Part shown: one piece after another, positions 41,052 through 50,352 of the stretch | Position numbering within the stretch: the first letter of the stretch is position 1 | Layout of the letters: every line of letters starts with the position of its first letter | Assembly: GCA_965116925.1 (NCBI GenBank) | Contig: OZ220744.1 | Span: 1,248,001 to 1,312,000 of the forward strand | DNA from: Candidatus Poribacteria bacterium | Lineage (GTDB): Bacteria; Poribacteria; WGA-4E; PCPOR2b | Length of the DNA stretch: 64,000 nt | Direction: 5' to 3' | Translations under genes and position numbers: made by a program | Notes under the pieces: generated by a model | The model's input: the letters and a program-made list of their open reading frames with translations, nothing else | What the model was told of the DNA's origin: nothing | Databases searched by the model: none

Positions 41052-41738
41052 ATGAAAAAAGTGGCAGCAACTGTTACGACTCTGCTGTTGATAACCGGTA
41101 TAGCGAAAGCGCATGCCCAACTCTACGAACATCCTTTCAACCTCCATCAATTAAAGATGGGACAGGTAAGCGTTGCGGTCGGAGCAGAGTTTGTTAACGA
41201 ACGGATCGCCGCCGTTGGCAATCTTGAATACGGTTTGTTACCGACTATTGAAGGGTATGTGAAAGCGGGACAGCTTTATTTCGATGACGAACACTCAACC
41301 ACGCAGTCACCAATTTCGTTCTTTTATTCTGGGCTTAGTTCGATCCAACCGCTAATCAGAAGCGATTGGGAGTGTTTGGCGAGTGCGAGTTTCTTCGGAA
41401 GTTTTGCAGATGAGAGAACAGGTGCCGAGAACAGTACGCTAGGGTTTTCCATTGGATTCGGATTCTTCCATAAAATCGTCGGAGATTCGGTGCTGTCCGT
41501 TGCACCGTACGCCCTCGCATCTTATGACATGAGTTGGTGGACTCTGGGGGAGGAAACCTCACGCGGCGGTGCCTTCTCTGGACAGATCGGCTTAGAGGTT
41601 GACCTGTCACCAAATATGAGTTTGCTGGGAAGCATTATCTATCCCCTTAAAGCAGATAGAGGAACGTTATATGGCATTTTTTTCTCCTTTCATCCCAGCG
41701 TCACGCGCAGTGATATAGCCCAAGCTGCTAGGTATTGA
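41052..41738 (+). CDS. Putative outer-membrane beta-barrel protein
   Basis: Signal peptide ending AHA; alternating Gly/aromatic beta-strands. Confidence 0.55.
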   Translation: MKKVAATVTTLLLITGIAKAHAQLYEHPFNLHQLKMGQVSVAVGAEFVNERIAAVGNLEYGLLPTIEGYVKAGQLYFDDEHSTTQSPISFFYSGLSSIQPLIRSDWECLASASFFGSFADERTGAENSTLGFSIGFGFFHKIVGDSVLSVAPYALASYDMSWWTLGEETSRGGAFSGQIGLEVDLSPNMSLLGSIIYPLKADRGTLYGIFFSFHPSVTRSDIAQAARY

Positions 41739-41777
41739 GTTCCATCGATTTTCTGTTAAAATTGATGGGGCCTATCT

Positions 41778-41895
41778 TTCGCTCCAGAGGAGCGATATGT
41801 TTATAGAGTGTTGATGCTCTAATGCCTGCACTCCAGAGGAGTGCAATATGTATAGAAATACCGAAACCATGCATCTCAAAGCCCCAAAGGGGCAA
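41778..41895 (+). repeat. Repeat family E, three spaced hairpin units
   Basis: CGCTCCAGAGGAGCG, GCACTCCAGAGGAGTGC and GCCCCAAAGGGGC. Confidence 0.75.
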
Positions 41896-41950
41896 TAAGT
41901 GGCAGCTTGTGCTATCATAATTCATCGACATTACGCAAAATGAGGATTAA

Positions 41951-42943
41951 ATGAAAAAAACAGTAACAGTCATCTGCCATCACGAGCACGGCATTCCCGA
42001 AGAAGTCGCCCAAGTTGAAGCGTGGGACACCCCCGTCATCGCTCCCAACCAAGTTCTAGTTGAGATGAAAGCTTCACCGATTAATCCCGCCGACATCAAC
42101 AGACTTGAGGGGAAGTATCCGATTCGCTCCCCGCTACCGGCAATTGCGGGAAACGAAGGCGTTGGTATCATTGCAAAAACAGGCAGTGCCGTTTCCAATC
42201 TGCGTGTCGGTCAACCCGTGATCTCGCTAGACCGAGTGGGTCACTGGTGCGATGCGTATGCCTCAGACGCCCAAAGCCTGATTCCCCTGCCAGATGATAT
42301 TCCGCTGGAGCAAGCAGCAATGCTATCGGTCAACCCGCCAACCGCTTGGCGGATGCTTGAAGGGTTCGTTGACCTCAAACCCGGCGATTGGGTGATTCAG
42401 AACGCCGCCAACTCCGGCGTCGGTCGGGCTGTGATTCAGATTGCACGGCTCCGCGGCTTGAGAACCATTAATGTCGTGCGCCGAAAAGATCTGATCCCCG
42501 AACTTGAGGCGGAAGGTGCCGATATCGTCGTCACCGATGAGATTCCACTATCGAAACAAATTCGGGACTTGACCGGTAACGCTGATGTGCCACTTGGATT
42601 GAACGCTGTCGGTGGGGAGAGTGCACGGGAGATAGCCAAATCACTCAGCGATCACGGCACATTGGTCACCTACGGTGCGATGGGACTCCAGCCACTGCAA
42701 ATGAGCAATAGCCTGTTGATCTTCAAAGACCTCTGTTTCCGTGGCTTTTGGATTAATGCTTGGTATAAACGCGCTGATACTAAGGACATTCATGATATGT
42801 TCAATCAATTAATCCCTCTCATAACGTCAGGAAAATTGACAGTGCCGGTTGAGAAGGTCTATCCACTCACCGATGCCAAGACGGCTCTAGCCCATGCGTG
42901 TCAGAACGCTCGGAAAGGAAAAATCCTGTTCGTGATGAATTGA
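41951..42943 (+). CDS. 2-enoyl thioester reductase (MECR-like MDR)
   Basis: SPINPADIN, GNEGVG, VNPPTAWRML, QNAANSGVG and VTYGAM motifs. Confidence 0.9.
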   Translation: MKKTVTVICHHEHGIPEEVAQVEAWDTPVIAPNQVLVEMKASPINPADINRLEGKYPIRSPLPAIAGNEGVGIIAKTGSAVSNLRVGQPVISLDRVGHWCDAYASDAQSLIPLPDDIPLEQAAMLSVNPPTAWRMLEGFVDLKPGDWVIQNAANSGVGRAVIQIARLRGLRTINVVRRKDLIPELEAEGADIVVTDEIPLSKQIRDLTGNADVPLGLNAVGGESAREIAKSLSDHGTLVTYGAMGLQPLQMSNSLLIFKDLCFRGFWINAWYKRADTKDIHDMFNQLIPLITSGKLTVPVEKVYPLTDAKTALAHACQNARKGKILFVMN

Positions 42944-43130
42944 GACGTGATGCGTGAAATGAAGTTGTTGTATCTGTCCCTTTGATATTACCTTTACGAC
43001 TTACGCAGCTAGCTCATAAGTCCCTCTGATTTTTCCAAGTCTCCCTGACAAGGGGGATTTAGGGGGTTAAAAAATCGAGTGCCTTGGGTAGATTATCTCC
43101 TTAACCTGTGGGAGGATTGTGCCGTAAGAA

Positions 43131-44441
43131 ATGGAAGTATCCCATAGTCGCCTTGTTAGTAAATCGCCGATTTTCTACGGCTGGATTATCATGTTGATCG
43201 GGACGCTGGGAATGATTATGAGCAGTCCCGGTCAGACCTATGTGGTATCGATCTTTATTGAGTCCTTCATCACGGACCTAGGGATTAGTCGGTCGCTTGT
43301 CAGTACGCTCTACACACTGGGCACACTTGTGGGAAGTTTCGTCTTGCCGATTGTGGGATACCAAATCGATCGGCATGGTGCCCGGTTAATAGTGGTGCTG
43401 ATTACCGCGCTTTTCGGATTTGCTTGCGTCTACATGGGCTACGTGCAGAATGCCTTCATGCTCGGTTTAGGGTTCATCGCACTCCGCATGCTCGGTCAAG
43501 GAAGTTTGGGATTGGTCTGCACGAACATTATTAATCAGTGGTGGGTGCGTCGGCGGGGCATGGTGATGGGGATTTCCGGTATGGCAGGCTCCCTTATCAG
43601 TTTGGGCGGTTTTCCAAATCTTGTCAACTGGTTAATTCCTACCTACGGTTGGAGGTCCACTTATATATTCCTTGGGATAATACTTACGTTTGTGATGGCG
43701 CCGGTGGCGTTTATATTTTTTCGTAACCATCCGGAGGATTATGGACTCCAACCAGATGGAGGGGAATCAAGTACATTCAGGTTTCGCAAAAGAAAACAGG
43801 GGACTACGAGATTAACGGAGGTGAACTGGACGCTAGGAGAAGCGATGTGCACAGCCGCTTTCTGGATTTTGGTGGCAAGTCTTTCTGCGATCAGTATGCT
43901 GTCCACCGGTCTATTTTTCCATATGGTCAGCATCTTTACCGATAACGGATTGACACGCAATCTCGCCGCAGCAGTTTTTGTGCCTATCGCTGTGACCACT
44001 GCGGTCGTTAACTGGGGCAGCGGTCTTCTCGTAGATCGAGTCCCGGTGCGTATATTGCTGGCTACTGGTCTGTTCTTCCAAGCACTGTCGCTGTTGATGG
44101 CATGCTCGCTTGCCGACATTACCCTTGCATTGCTGTTTGGCGTTGTCCTCGGAATTTCCAGCGGGCTCATTCGTATCTTGGGCAGCGTAGTCTGGGCGAT
44201 GTACTTCGGACGGCGCCACCTAGGCAGTATCACAGGACTCACCTCAATGGTTACGATTATCGGCTCTGCGCTGGGACCGATGCCCTTGGGAATTGGTCGA
44301 GACCTGTTGGGAAGTTATAATCTTGCGTTAATAATTTCGGCGGCCATTCCACTTCTGCTAGGGATTCTTGCCCTCTTTATTGCTGATCCCGTCCGTTTGA
44401 CGGGGCAGCTGCAAAAGCACAAACAAGAAACAGACGAATAA
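43131..44441 (+). CDS. MFS transporter
   Basis: About 12 TM segments; G..IDRHG.R motif A; FGRRHLG. Confidence 0.9.
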   Translation: MEVSHSRLVSKSPIFYGWIIMLIGTLGMIMSSPGQTYVVSIFIESFITDLGISRSLVSTLYTLGTLVGSFVLPIVGYQIDRHGARLIVVLITALFGFACVYMGYVQNAFMLGLGFIALRMLGQGSLGLVCTNIINQWWVRRRGMVMGISGMAGSLISLGGFPNLVNWLIPTYGWRSTYIFLGIILTFVMAPVAFIFFRNHPEDYGLQPDGGESSTFRFRKRKQGTTRLTEVNWTLGEAMCTAAFWILVASLSAISMLSTGLFFHMVSIFTDNGLTRNLAAAVFVPIAVTTAVVNWGSGLLVDRVPVRILLATGLFFQALSLLMACSLADITLALLFGVVLGISSGLIRILGSVVWAMYFGRRHLGSITGLTSMVTIIGSALGPMPLGIGRDLLGSYNLALIISAAIPLLLGILALFIADPVRLTGQLQKHKQETDE

Positions 44442-44559
44442 ACGAGCCGAACCCCTTTGTTTTCTAGTAAGTCGATTTTCCAAGAGCACCATTCTAGTTT
44501 GCTTTTCGCTCCAGAGGAGCGATATGTCTATAGAACGGCGATATGTCCAATACCTGCGC

Positions 44560-44862
44560 TCCAAAGGAGCGCACAAACGCATGGTTCTTCGTAGGGATTG
44601 GGTCTCCCAACCCGTTGTTCACCCGTCATAGACGATTTCGGACTTCTGTAGGTCGATTTTCCAAAATCGACACTCCCTAGCACATAGCGCAATGTTCCAG
44701 TATTTTGTCGAGATATGAATCTTGACCTACAATCTCCTTTTGTACCACGATCTGTTAGATTGTGATCTTAGTCTGCAAACTAACAGTTTGCGCTACTTAT
44801 GGCAGATTGCCTGGTGATTACAGCGTTTACCGAATGAGCAGCTTCAAAATGTCAACACGCCC
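44560..44862 (-). mobile_element. MITE family B copy (one TIR retained)
   Basis: Reverse-complement homology to 29670-~30005; ends AAATGTCAACACGCCC then TA. Confidence 0.75.
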
Positions 44863-44931
44863 TAACAACTTACGTTATAATATGTGGATTTTCCAAGACG
44901 TAATATTTTCAATATAAAGGGAGAAAGCTAT

Positions 44932-45906
44932 ATGCCGACAGAAACCTCAACCCGAGCCAAAATTGTCGTTCCCGGCGACAACCCACCACAGATACAAGGT
45001 TCCCCACATCTAGAGCGACTCGAGCCCTACGGCGATGTCACTTTGTACACAGATCGTCCAGAGTCACTTGAGGAACAGATTGACCGCACAAAAGACGCAG
45101 ATGTTATCATGAACACACGCGGCATTGTGACGTGGTACGCCGAAGCCTTACACCAAGTCCCGAAACTACGGCTAATTGCGACCTGCTCAATCGGGACAGA
45201 CAATATCGATCTGGACACAGCAAGGGAGCTTGGTGTTGTAATTTGCAATCAACCCGGCAGGACAGCCCCCGTTGTCGCTGAACACGGGTTTGGATTGATG
45301 TTCGCTGCAGCCAAACGTGCTGCCTTCATGACGGCAGCCGTGAAGGAAGGCGGTTGGCCCCGAATGGACAACATTTATCTGCAAGACAAAACACTGGGGA
45401 TTGTCGGCACAGGGCACATCGGGGCAGAGATGGCAAGACTTGGTCGCGCCATCGGGATGAACGTAATCGCATGGACTTTCAATCCTTCACCCGAACGGGC
45501 AGCGCAACTCGGAGTCCAGTACGTCGAATTGGATGAACTATTGCAAACGTCGGATGTTGTCAGTCTCCATGTCAAGCTGACCGATGATAGCCGCGAAATG
45601 ATTGGGCAACGGGAGCTCGAACTGATGAAGTCCAACGCTCTGTTGATTAATGTTGCACGTGGTGATATAGTGAATACAGACGCACTCATCGAAGTACTAA
45701 ATGCTGGGCATCTCGGCGGTGCTGGAATTGATGTCTACGATGAGGAACCACCGCCTGCCAACCATCCGCTCCTCGCTTGTGAACAGGTTATTCTGTCGCC
45801 CCATTGTGCGGATATGACACCAGAGGGCGTTAATCTGCTAAATGAGGGAATTGTGGATAACGTCATCGCCTTCCTGGAAGGCAAACCGCAAAATGTAGTG
45901 GTATAA
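44932..45906 (+). CDS. D-isomer-specific 2-hydroxyacid dehydrogenase
   Basis: GTDNID, VAEH, GTGHIG, INVARG, DV..EP and SPH motifs. Confidence 0.92.
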   Translation: MPTETSTRAKIVVPGDNPPQIQGSPHLERLEPYGDVTLYTDRPESLEEQIDRTKDADVIMNTRGIVTWYAEALHQVPKLRLIATCSIGTDNIDLDTARELGVVICNQPGRTAPVVAEHGFGLMFAAAKRAAFMTAAVKEGGWPRMDNIYLQDKTLGIVGTGHIGAEMARLGRAIGMNVIAWTFNPSPERAAQLGVQYVELDELLQTSDVVSLHVKLTDDSREMIGQRELELMKSNALLINVARGDIVNTDALIEVLNAGHLGGAGIDVYDEEPPPANHPLLACEQVILSPHCADMTPEGVNLLNEGIVDNVIAFLEGKPQNVVV

Positions 45907-45921
45907 TGCGTAAAATGTAGT

Positions 45922-46126
45922 TATAGTGAATTAGAGAAATAAGTAGACATTTACCAATAACTTCAACCTACTCGAAATTGTCAAAGTCCCCCTGAACCCC
46001 TCTGATAAGAGGGGAAAGACAAGGGAGAAGATCCTCTCTTATCTTCTCCCCTTGTCAGGGGAGTTGGGGGATTTAGGGGGTTAGCTGTACGTTGGGAGTG
46101 TCTAAATAATGCTAAAATCTACTATA
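45922..46126 (+). mobile_element. MITE family A shell with a different cargo (CCCCCT..GGGGGATTTAGGGGG)
   Basis: TATAGTGAATT...TAAAATCTACTATA; cargo related to 43037-43070. Confidence 0.75.
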
Positions 46127-46176
46127 CTTGACACTGGTCAAACTCCACTAATTTATGCCAATGGGGTAGAGGTATC

Positions 46177-46986
46177 ATGATGACAACTTCTGAACGGGAA
46201 GAACTCCGACGGTTAATGCAGGCATCGGGCACACTGTATGCCGACGAGATGCCACTCGCTCATACAAGCTGGAATGAATTGGATCTGTGGCGATTTAGGG
46301 ATTTCTACAGGCAGCAATACGATCAGGAAATTGACCAACTTAACACTCTCACTGAACGCAGTCTATCAAATCTAAAACTCCTTAAATCAGGACATCTGAC
46401 ATTAGCAGGACTTCTCCTTTTTGGCAAAGAACCGCAACAGATTCGACCACAATTCATGGTCAAATCGGTCGCATTTATCGGCAACCGCTTGGAGGGAACA
46501 GAATATCTGGACAGCGAGGACATCGGATCAACCTTAGCCGAACAGTTCAAAGGGACGATGGGATTTCTCAAACGTAATCTACGAAAGCAACAAAACGGTC
46601 AGAACTTTAATTTTCCCGGTATAATGGAAATTCCCCAAATTGCCTTGGAAGAAGCAGTCGTCAACGCGCTTGTTCACCGGGACTACCTGATCAGCAGTAG
46701 CGTCCGCGTCTTTATCTTCGATAATCGTATCGAAATCATCAGCCCCGGCAAGCTGCCTAATACAGCGACGGTCGAGTCGATCCGAGCGGGAATACAGATT
46801 GTCAGGAATCCTGTCTTAATCTCATTTGTCCCGAAGCTAGGAATTCCTTATCGCGGTTTAGGTTCTGGAGTTCCCCGCATGATCGAGGAATGTCGCAAAG
46901 CCAATCTCCCTGAACCTCAATTCATTGAAGATAAGGCTGCTGAAACATTTACAGTTGTCTTTGATAGACCATCAAACACCCATTAA
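46177..46986 (+). CDS. RecG-C-like ATPase-fold (HATPase_c_4) protein lacking the usual N-terminal AlbA_2 domain
   Basis: LTLAGLLLFG, EAVVNALVHRDY, IEIISPG.LP, RNP and G.G.G motifs. Confidence 0.75.
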   Translation: MMTTSEREELRRLMQASGTLYADEMPLAHTSWNELDLWRFRDFYRQQYDQEIDQLNTLTERSLSNLKLLKSGHLTLAGLLLFGKEPQQIRPQFMVKSVAFIGNRLEGTEYLDSEDIGSTLAEQFKGTMGFLKRNLRKQQNGQNFNFPGIMEIPQIALEEAVVNALVHRDYLISSSVRVFIFDNRIEIISPGKLPNTATVESIRAGIQIVRNPVLISFVPKLGIPYRGLGSGVPRMIEECRKANLPEPQFIEDKAAETFTVVFDRPSNTH

Positions 46987-47043
46987 GAAGCAATTTTTGT
47001 ATTCCTAATAGAACTTACACACATGGTCAGAAAATAGTTATCA

Positions 47044-47200
47044 TCCTAAGTTGCTAGTTATTGGAAATCCATCTGTAGGTCGAGATTCACATCTCGACAC
47101 CCCACCGTCGATTTTGGAAAATCGACCTACAGAAATGATACAATTTGCACAGAGATTAGGGGCTATTGGTTTGAATATGCCGGCTACTAGCAACTTGCGT
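47044..47200. mobile_element. MITE family D, opposite orientation, with GTAGGTCGA hairpin pair
   Basis: Ends CCTAAGTTGCTAG / CTAGCAACTTGCGT. Confidence 0.7.
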
Positions 47201-47289
47201 TGTAATACTCAACGGTTTGCCACAAGAGCTAATCAAGACAACCGACTCTTTAATCTTAACGATAGCTGAAAGGAGTTCTAAAGAGGATT

Positions 47290-47907
47290 ATGAGACCAAA
47301 ATTGCCACTCTTTTCCCTATCTGTTGTCAAGATAGCAACTTGGGTTCTTTTGCTTACACTCTCCAATCCCGCTTTCTGTGAGAGACGTGGAATTATATTT
47401 GCCTTTAATATAGGCTGGCCCTCAAGCGGCCTGATACTGGGTTACGGCTTGACAGACAAACTCGCGATTGAAGCCCATCTTGCTGCAAACGCTTGTCCCA
47501 CCGCGTCTTGGGGTACAACGGTAGGCATTTCTATGAAATATCGACCCATCCCTGATAATGAAAAGTTCTATCTCTTGGCGGGTTGGTCAAAAATTGCGGA
47601 TGAATCACGGTCGCCCCACTTCCGCCCTAGAACAGACGACCAAGGGAATAAATATGTAACAGCAGGTTACAGTGCTGGATTGAAGTTCGGACTCGGACAC
47701 GAGTTTAGTATTAATCAAGAAAGAGGTCTCGCGGAAAATGTCTTCTGGGCGGTTGAAGGTGGGCTTTATCTGGCGCTGAAAGATGAGAACTGGCGAATTA
47801 CACTCAAGGACGGAGAGCAGGTAATCTCCGAGGAGGAAGAGGACTTTTTTTGGCGTAAATCCCCGTTTTTTCACTCGGGGCCGATCTTCTATTCCAAACG
47901 AGAGTGA
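47290..47907 (+). CDS. Putative secreted/outer-membrane beta-barrel protein
   Basis: Signal-peptide-like N-terminus; amphipathic beta-strands. Confidence 0.5.
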   Translation: MRPKLPLFSLSVVKIATWVLLLTLSNPAFCERRGIIFAFNIGWPSSGLILGYGLTDKLAIEAHLAANACPTASWGTTVGISMKYRPIPDNEKFYLLAGWSKIADESRSPHFRPRTDDQGNKYVTAGYSAGLKFGLGHEFSINQERGLAENVFWAVEGGLYLALKDENWRITLKDGEQVISEEEEDFFWRKSPFFHSGPIFYSKRE

Positions 47908-48087
47908 TTTGTAAAATCTTGCGGGTGAAACCCCACACCGGCGGATATGTCGCCAATCGAGTCGAACGGACTGCGGCACTGACTCCTGCCCATAAAAAAA
48001 CATAACCTTTCGTGTGTGAAAGATTATGTTTTAGGCCTTACACAACTGATGTGCATAAGTTCTACCTAATTATTGAAGTACCGGAAA

Positions 48088-49932
48088 ATGAACCAACAGA
48101 TTAGCGATAAACTCTCAAACCTACCTGCCGGTCCCGGTGTCTATCTGATGAAAGACGCAGCGGAAAAAGTGCTATACGTCGGCAAGGCAACCTCCTTGCG
48201 CCAGCGGGTCAGATCCTACTTCCAAAATGCTGCCACCCCACACGCCTTGACCAAACCAATGCTGCGCTATGTCGCCGATATCGACGCCATCCTTACTGCA
48301 AGCGATGTTGAGGCGTTAATCCTTGAAAATAACCTCATTAAGGAGTATCAGCCACGCTACAACATTAGACTCAAGGACGACAAACGCTATCCGTATCTAA
48401 AAGTGACCGTCAATGAACCGTTTCCGGGGCTTTACATTACGCGTCAAAAAGAGAATGATGGCGCAAAATATTTTGGTCCCTTTGTACATACCCGTGCGAC
48501 GCGGCAGACCATCAAGCAGCTGACAAAGGTCTTCCCTATCCGCACCTGTAATTTGGAATTGAAAGCATCAGGAAATCCACACCGTGTGTGCTTAGATTAT
48601 CACATTCAACGTTGTCCCGGTCCCTGTGCAGATCTCACCACCGTTGAGGATTACGATCAGATTGTGAAGAGTGTCCGCCGGTTTTTGAGCGGGGACACAG
48701 CGACGGTTCTAAAAGATCTGAAAGAAAAAATGCAGTCCGCTGCAACCGCACTCGATTTTGAAAGTGCCGCGAAATATCGAGACCAGATCGAGAATGTCAA
48801 GGACGCGATTGCCAAGCAGAACCTCGACAACGCGTCCGCAGAAAATGAGGACGTGATTGGTGTAGCGCGAGCGGGAGATGAAGCGTGTGCACAGGTGTTG
48901 ATGATACGCGATGGGAAGCTGATCGAACGCGAGCACTACTTCCTGAAGAATTCGTCTGACTCCATCATTGAGACGCTGACTGCATTTGTTCAGCAGTACT
49001 ATCAAGATGCCTCATTCATTCCGAAAACCATTTTGTTGCCTGACGACATCGAGATGCCGGGAGCCATCCAGCGTTGGCTATCCGAGAAGCGTGGTAGTCA
49101 GGTCACATTGTACATCCCACAGCGGGGGCGTAAACGTCAGTTAGTAGAGATGGCAGCGAAGAATGCGAGTATCATCCTTGAGCAGAAGGAACAGAACGTC
49201 GTCTTCAAAGCCGATGACAACCCCGCCCTGATTGAGTTACAAGAGTTGTTGAACCTACCTCACCCGCCAGCCCGTATTGAGGGGTTTGATATCTCCAATC
49301 TGGGAGATCGATTCCCTGTCGCCTCGATGGTGGTGATGGAAGATGCACAACCCGCGAAATCTGAGTATCGACGCTTTAAGATTCGTACCGTTGAAGGGCA
49401 GAATGACTATGCAATGATGCAGGAGGTCGTCACCCGTCGATTTCGTCGTGCTATTGACGAAAATCGTTTCCCAGATCTGATATTAATCGATGGAGGTAAG
49501 GGACAGTTAAGTGCCGCATACGAAATACTGCAAACACTGGATTTAAGCCATCTTCCAATTATTGGGCTTGCCAAGCGGTTCGAGCATATCTTTCTTCCCG
49601 GCAGATCTGATCCAATCGTGCTCCGGCGCGACAATCCGACACTTCACCTAATCCAGCGGTTGCGCGACGAAGCGCATAGATTCGCTATCACGTATCACCG
49701 AAAACGCCGCAGCCGCGCACTCAGTCACTCAATCCTTGATGAAATTCCGAATGTTGGTGTCAAGCGAAAACAGGCACTGCTTCAACATTTTGGGGCAATT
49801 GAAAAGATTCGTCAGGCCAGCCTTGATGAGCTGCTATCTGTGAAAGGGATACCGCACGGTGTTGCGGCAACTATTCACAAACACTTGAGGGAACAAGAAG
49901 GACAAACTATAGTGAATTCAAAAAATAAATGA
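48088..49932 (+). CDS. uvrC: Excinuclease ABC subunit C
   Basis: GIY-YIG domain (PGVYLM, YVGKA), FE.AA..RD, IEGFDIS, LIDGGKGQL, RDEAHRFA and HhH motifs. Confidence 0.98.
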   Translation: MNQQISDKLSNLPAGPGVYLMKDAAEKVLYVGKATSLRQRVRSYFQNAATPHALTKPMLRYVADIDAILTASDVEALILENNLIKEYQPRYNIRLKDDKRYPYLKVTVNEPFPGLYITRQKENDGAKYFGPFVHTRATRQTIKQLTKVFPIRTCNLELKASGNPHRVCLDYHIQRCPGPCADLTTVEDYDQIVKSVRRFLSGDTATVLKDLKEKMQSAATALDFESAAKYRDQIENVKDAIAKQNLDNASAENEDVIGVARAGDEACAQVLMIRDGKLIEREHYFLKNSSDSIIETLTAFVQQYYQDASFIPKTILLPDDIEMPGAIQRWLSEKRGSQVTLYIPQRGRKRQLVEMAAKNASIILEQKEQNVVFKADDNPALIELQELLNLPHPPARIEGFDISNLGDRFPVASMVVMEDAQPAKSEYRRFKIRTVEGQNDYAMMQEVVTRRFRRAIDENRFPDLILIDGGKGQLSAAYEILQTLDLSHLPIIGLAKRFEHIFLPGRSDPIVLRRDNPTLHLIQRLRDEAHRFAITYHRKRRSRALSHSILDEIPNVGVKRKQALLQHFGAIEKIRQASLDELLSVKGIPHGVAATIHKHLREQEGQTIVNSKNK

Positions 49933-50074
49933 ACACTTTCGCTCCTCGGTTTCGATCTCCCCGATAAATCCCCGATGCTCGGGGTAAACTTGTAAACTTA
50001 TTATCGGGACTTGGTAGGCGCTGTTTGTAACTGCGCCGATTTGGAGTGTCTCATTAATTCTAAAATCTACTATA
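49908..50074 (+). mobile_element. MITE family A overlapping the uvrC 3' end
   Basis: TATAGTGAATTCAAAAAATAAATGA contains the uvrC stop codon. Confidence 0.85.
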
Positions 50075-50352
50075 GTAACAAATTATCGCCATAAATCAGA
50101 AAAAACAAAATTGGAAATATCTGCTTCTGCCAATCTGCTATCAGGTATGAAAATTGCGCTTATTGAGTATATCCTAAACTTGCTGGGAGGGATTACCTGT
50201 CAATTAAGGATAAAGGTCCAGTTTGGTTCCATTACACTCTGTGCTGCCGCACCGAGATGGGCAATCAAACTGTACCAAGTAGTGCAAATCTGAGAAATCT
50301 CAGAGACAGAAAGAAGGAAAACTATTGGTCAATAGGGAGAAGGAAAATTGCA

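Noticed and set aside
41778..41895. CRISPR-like repeat-spacer pattern
   Set aside because: Only 2-3 divergent units with short spacers and no cas genes; fits REP-like repeats better
47921..47992. GCGGGTGAAACCCCACACCGGCGG resembles the 5' part of an FMN riboswitch
   Set aside because: Downstream conserved FMN elements are absent and the next gene is uvrC; an Rfam scan would settle it
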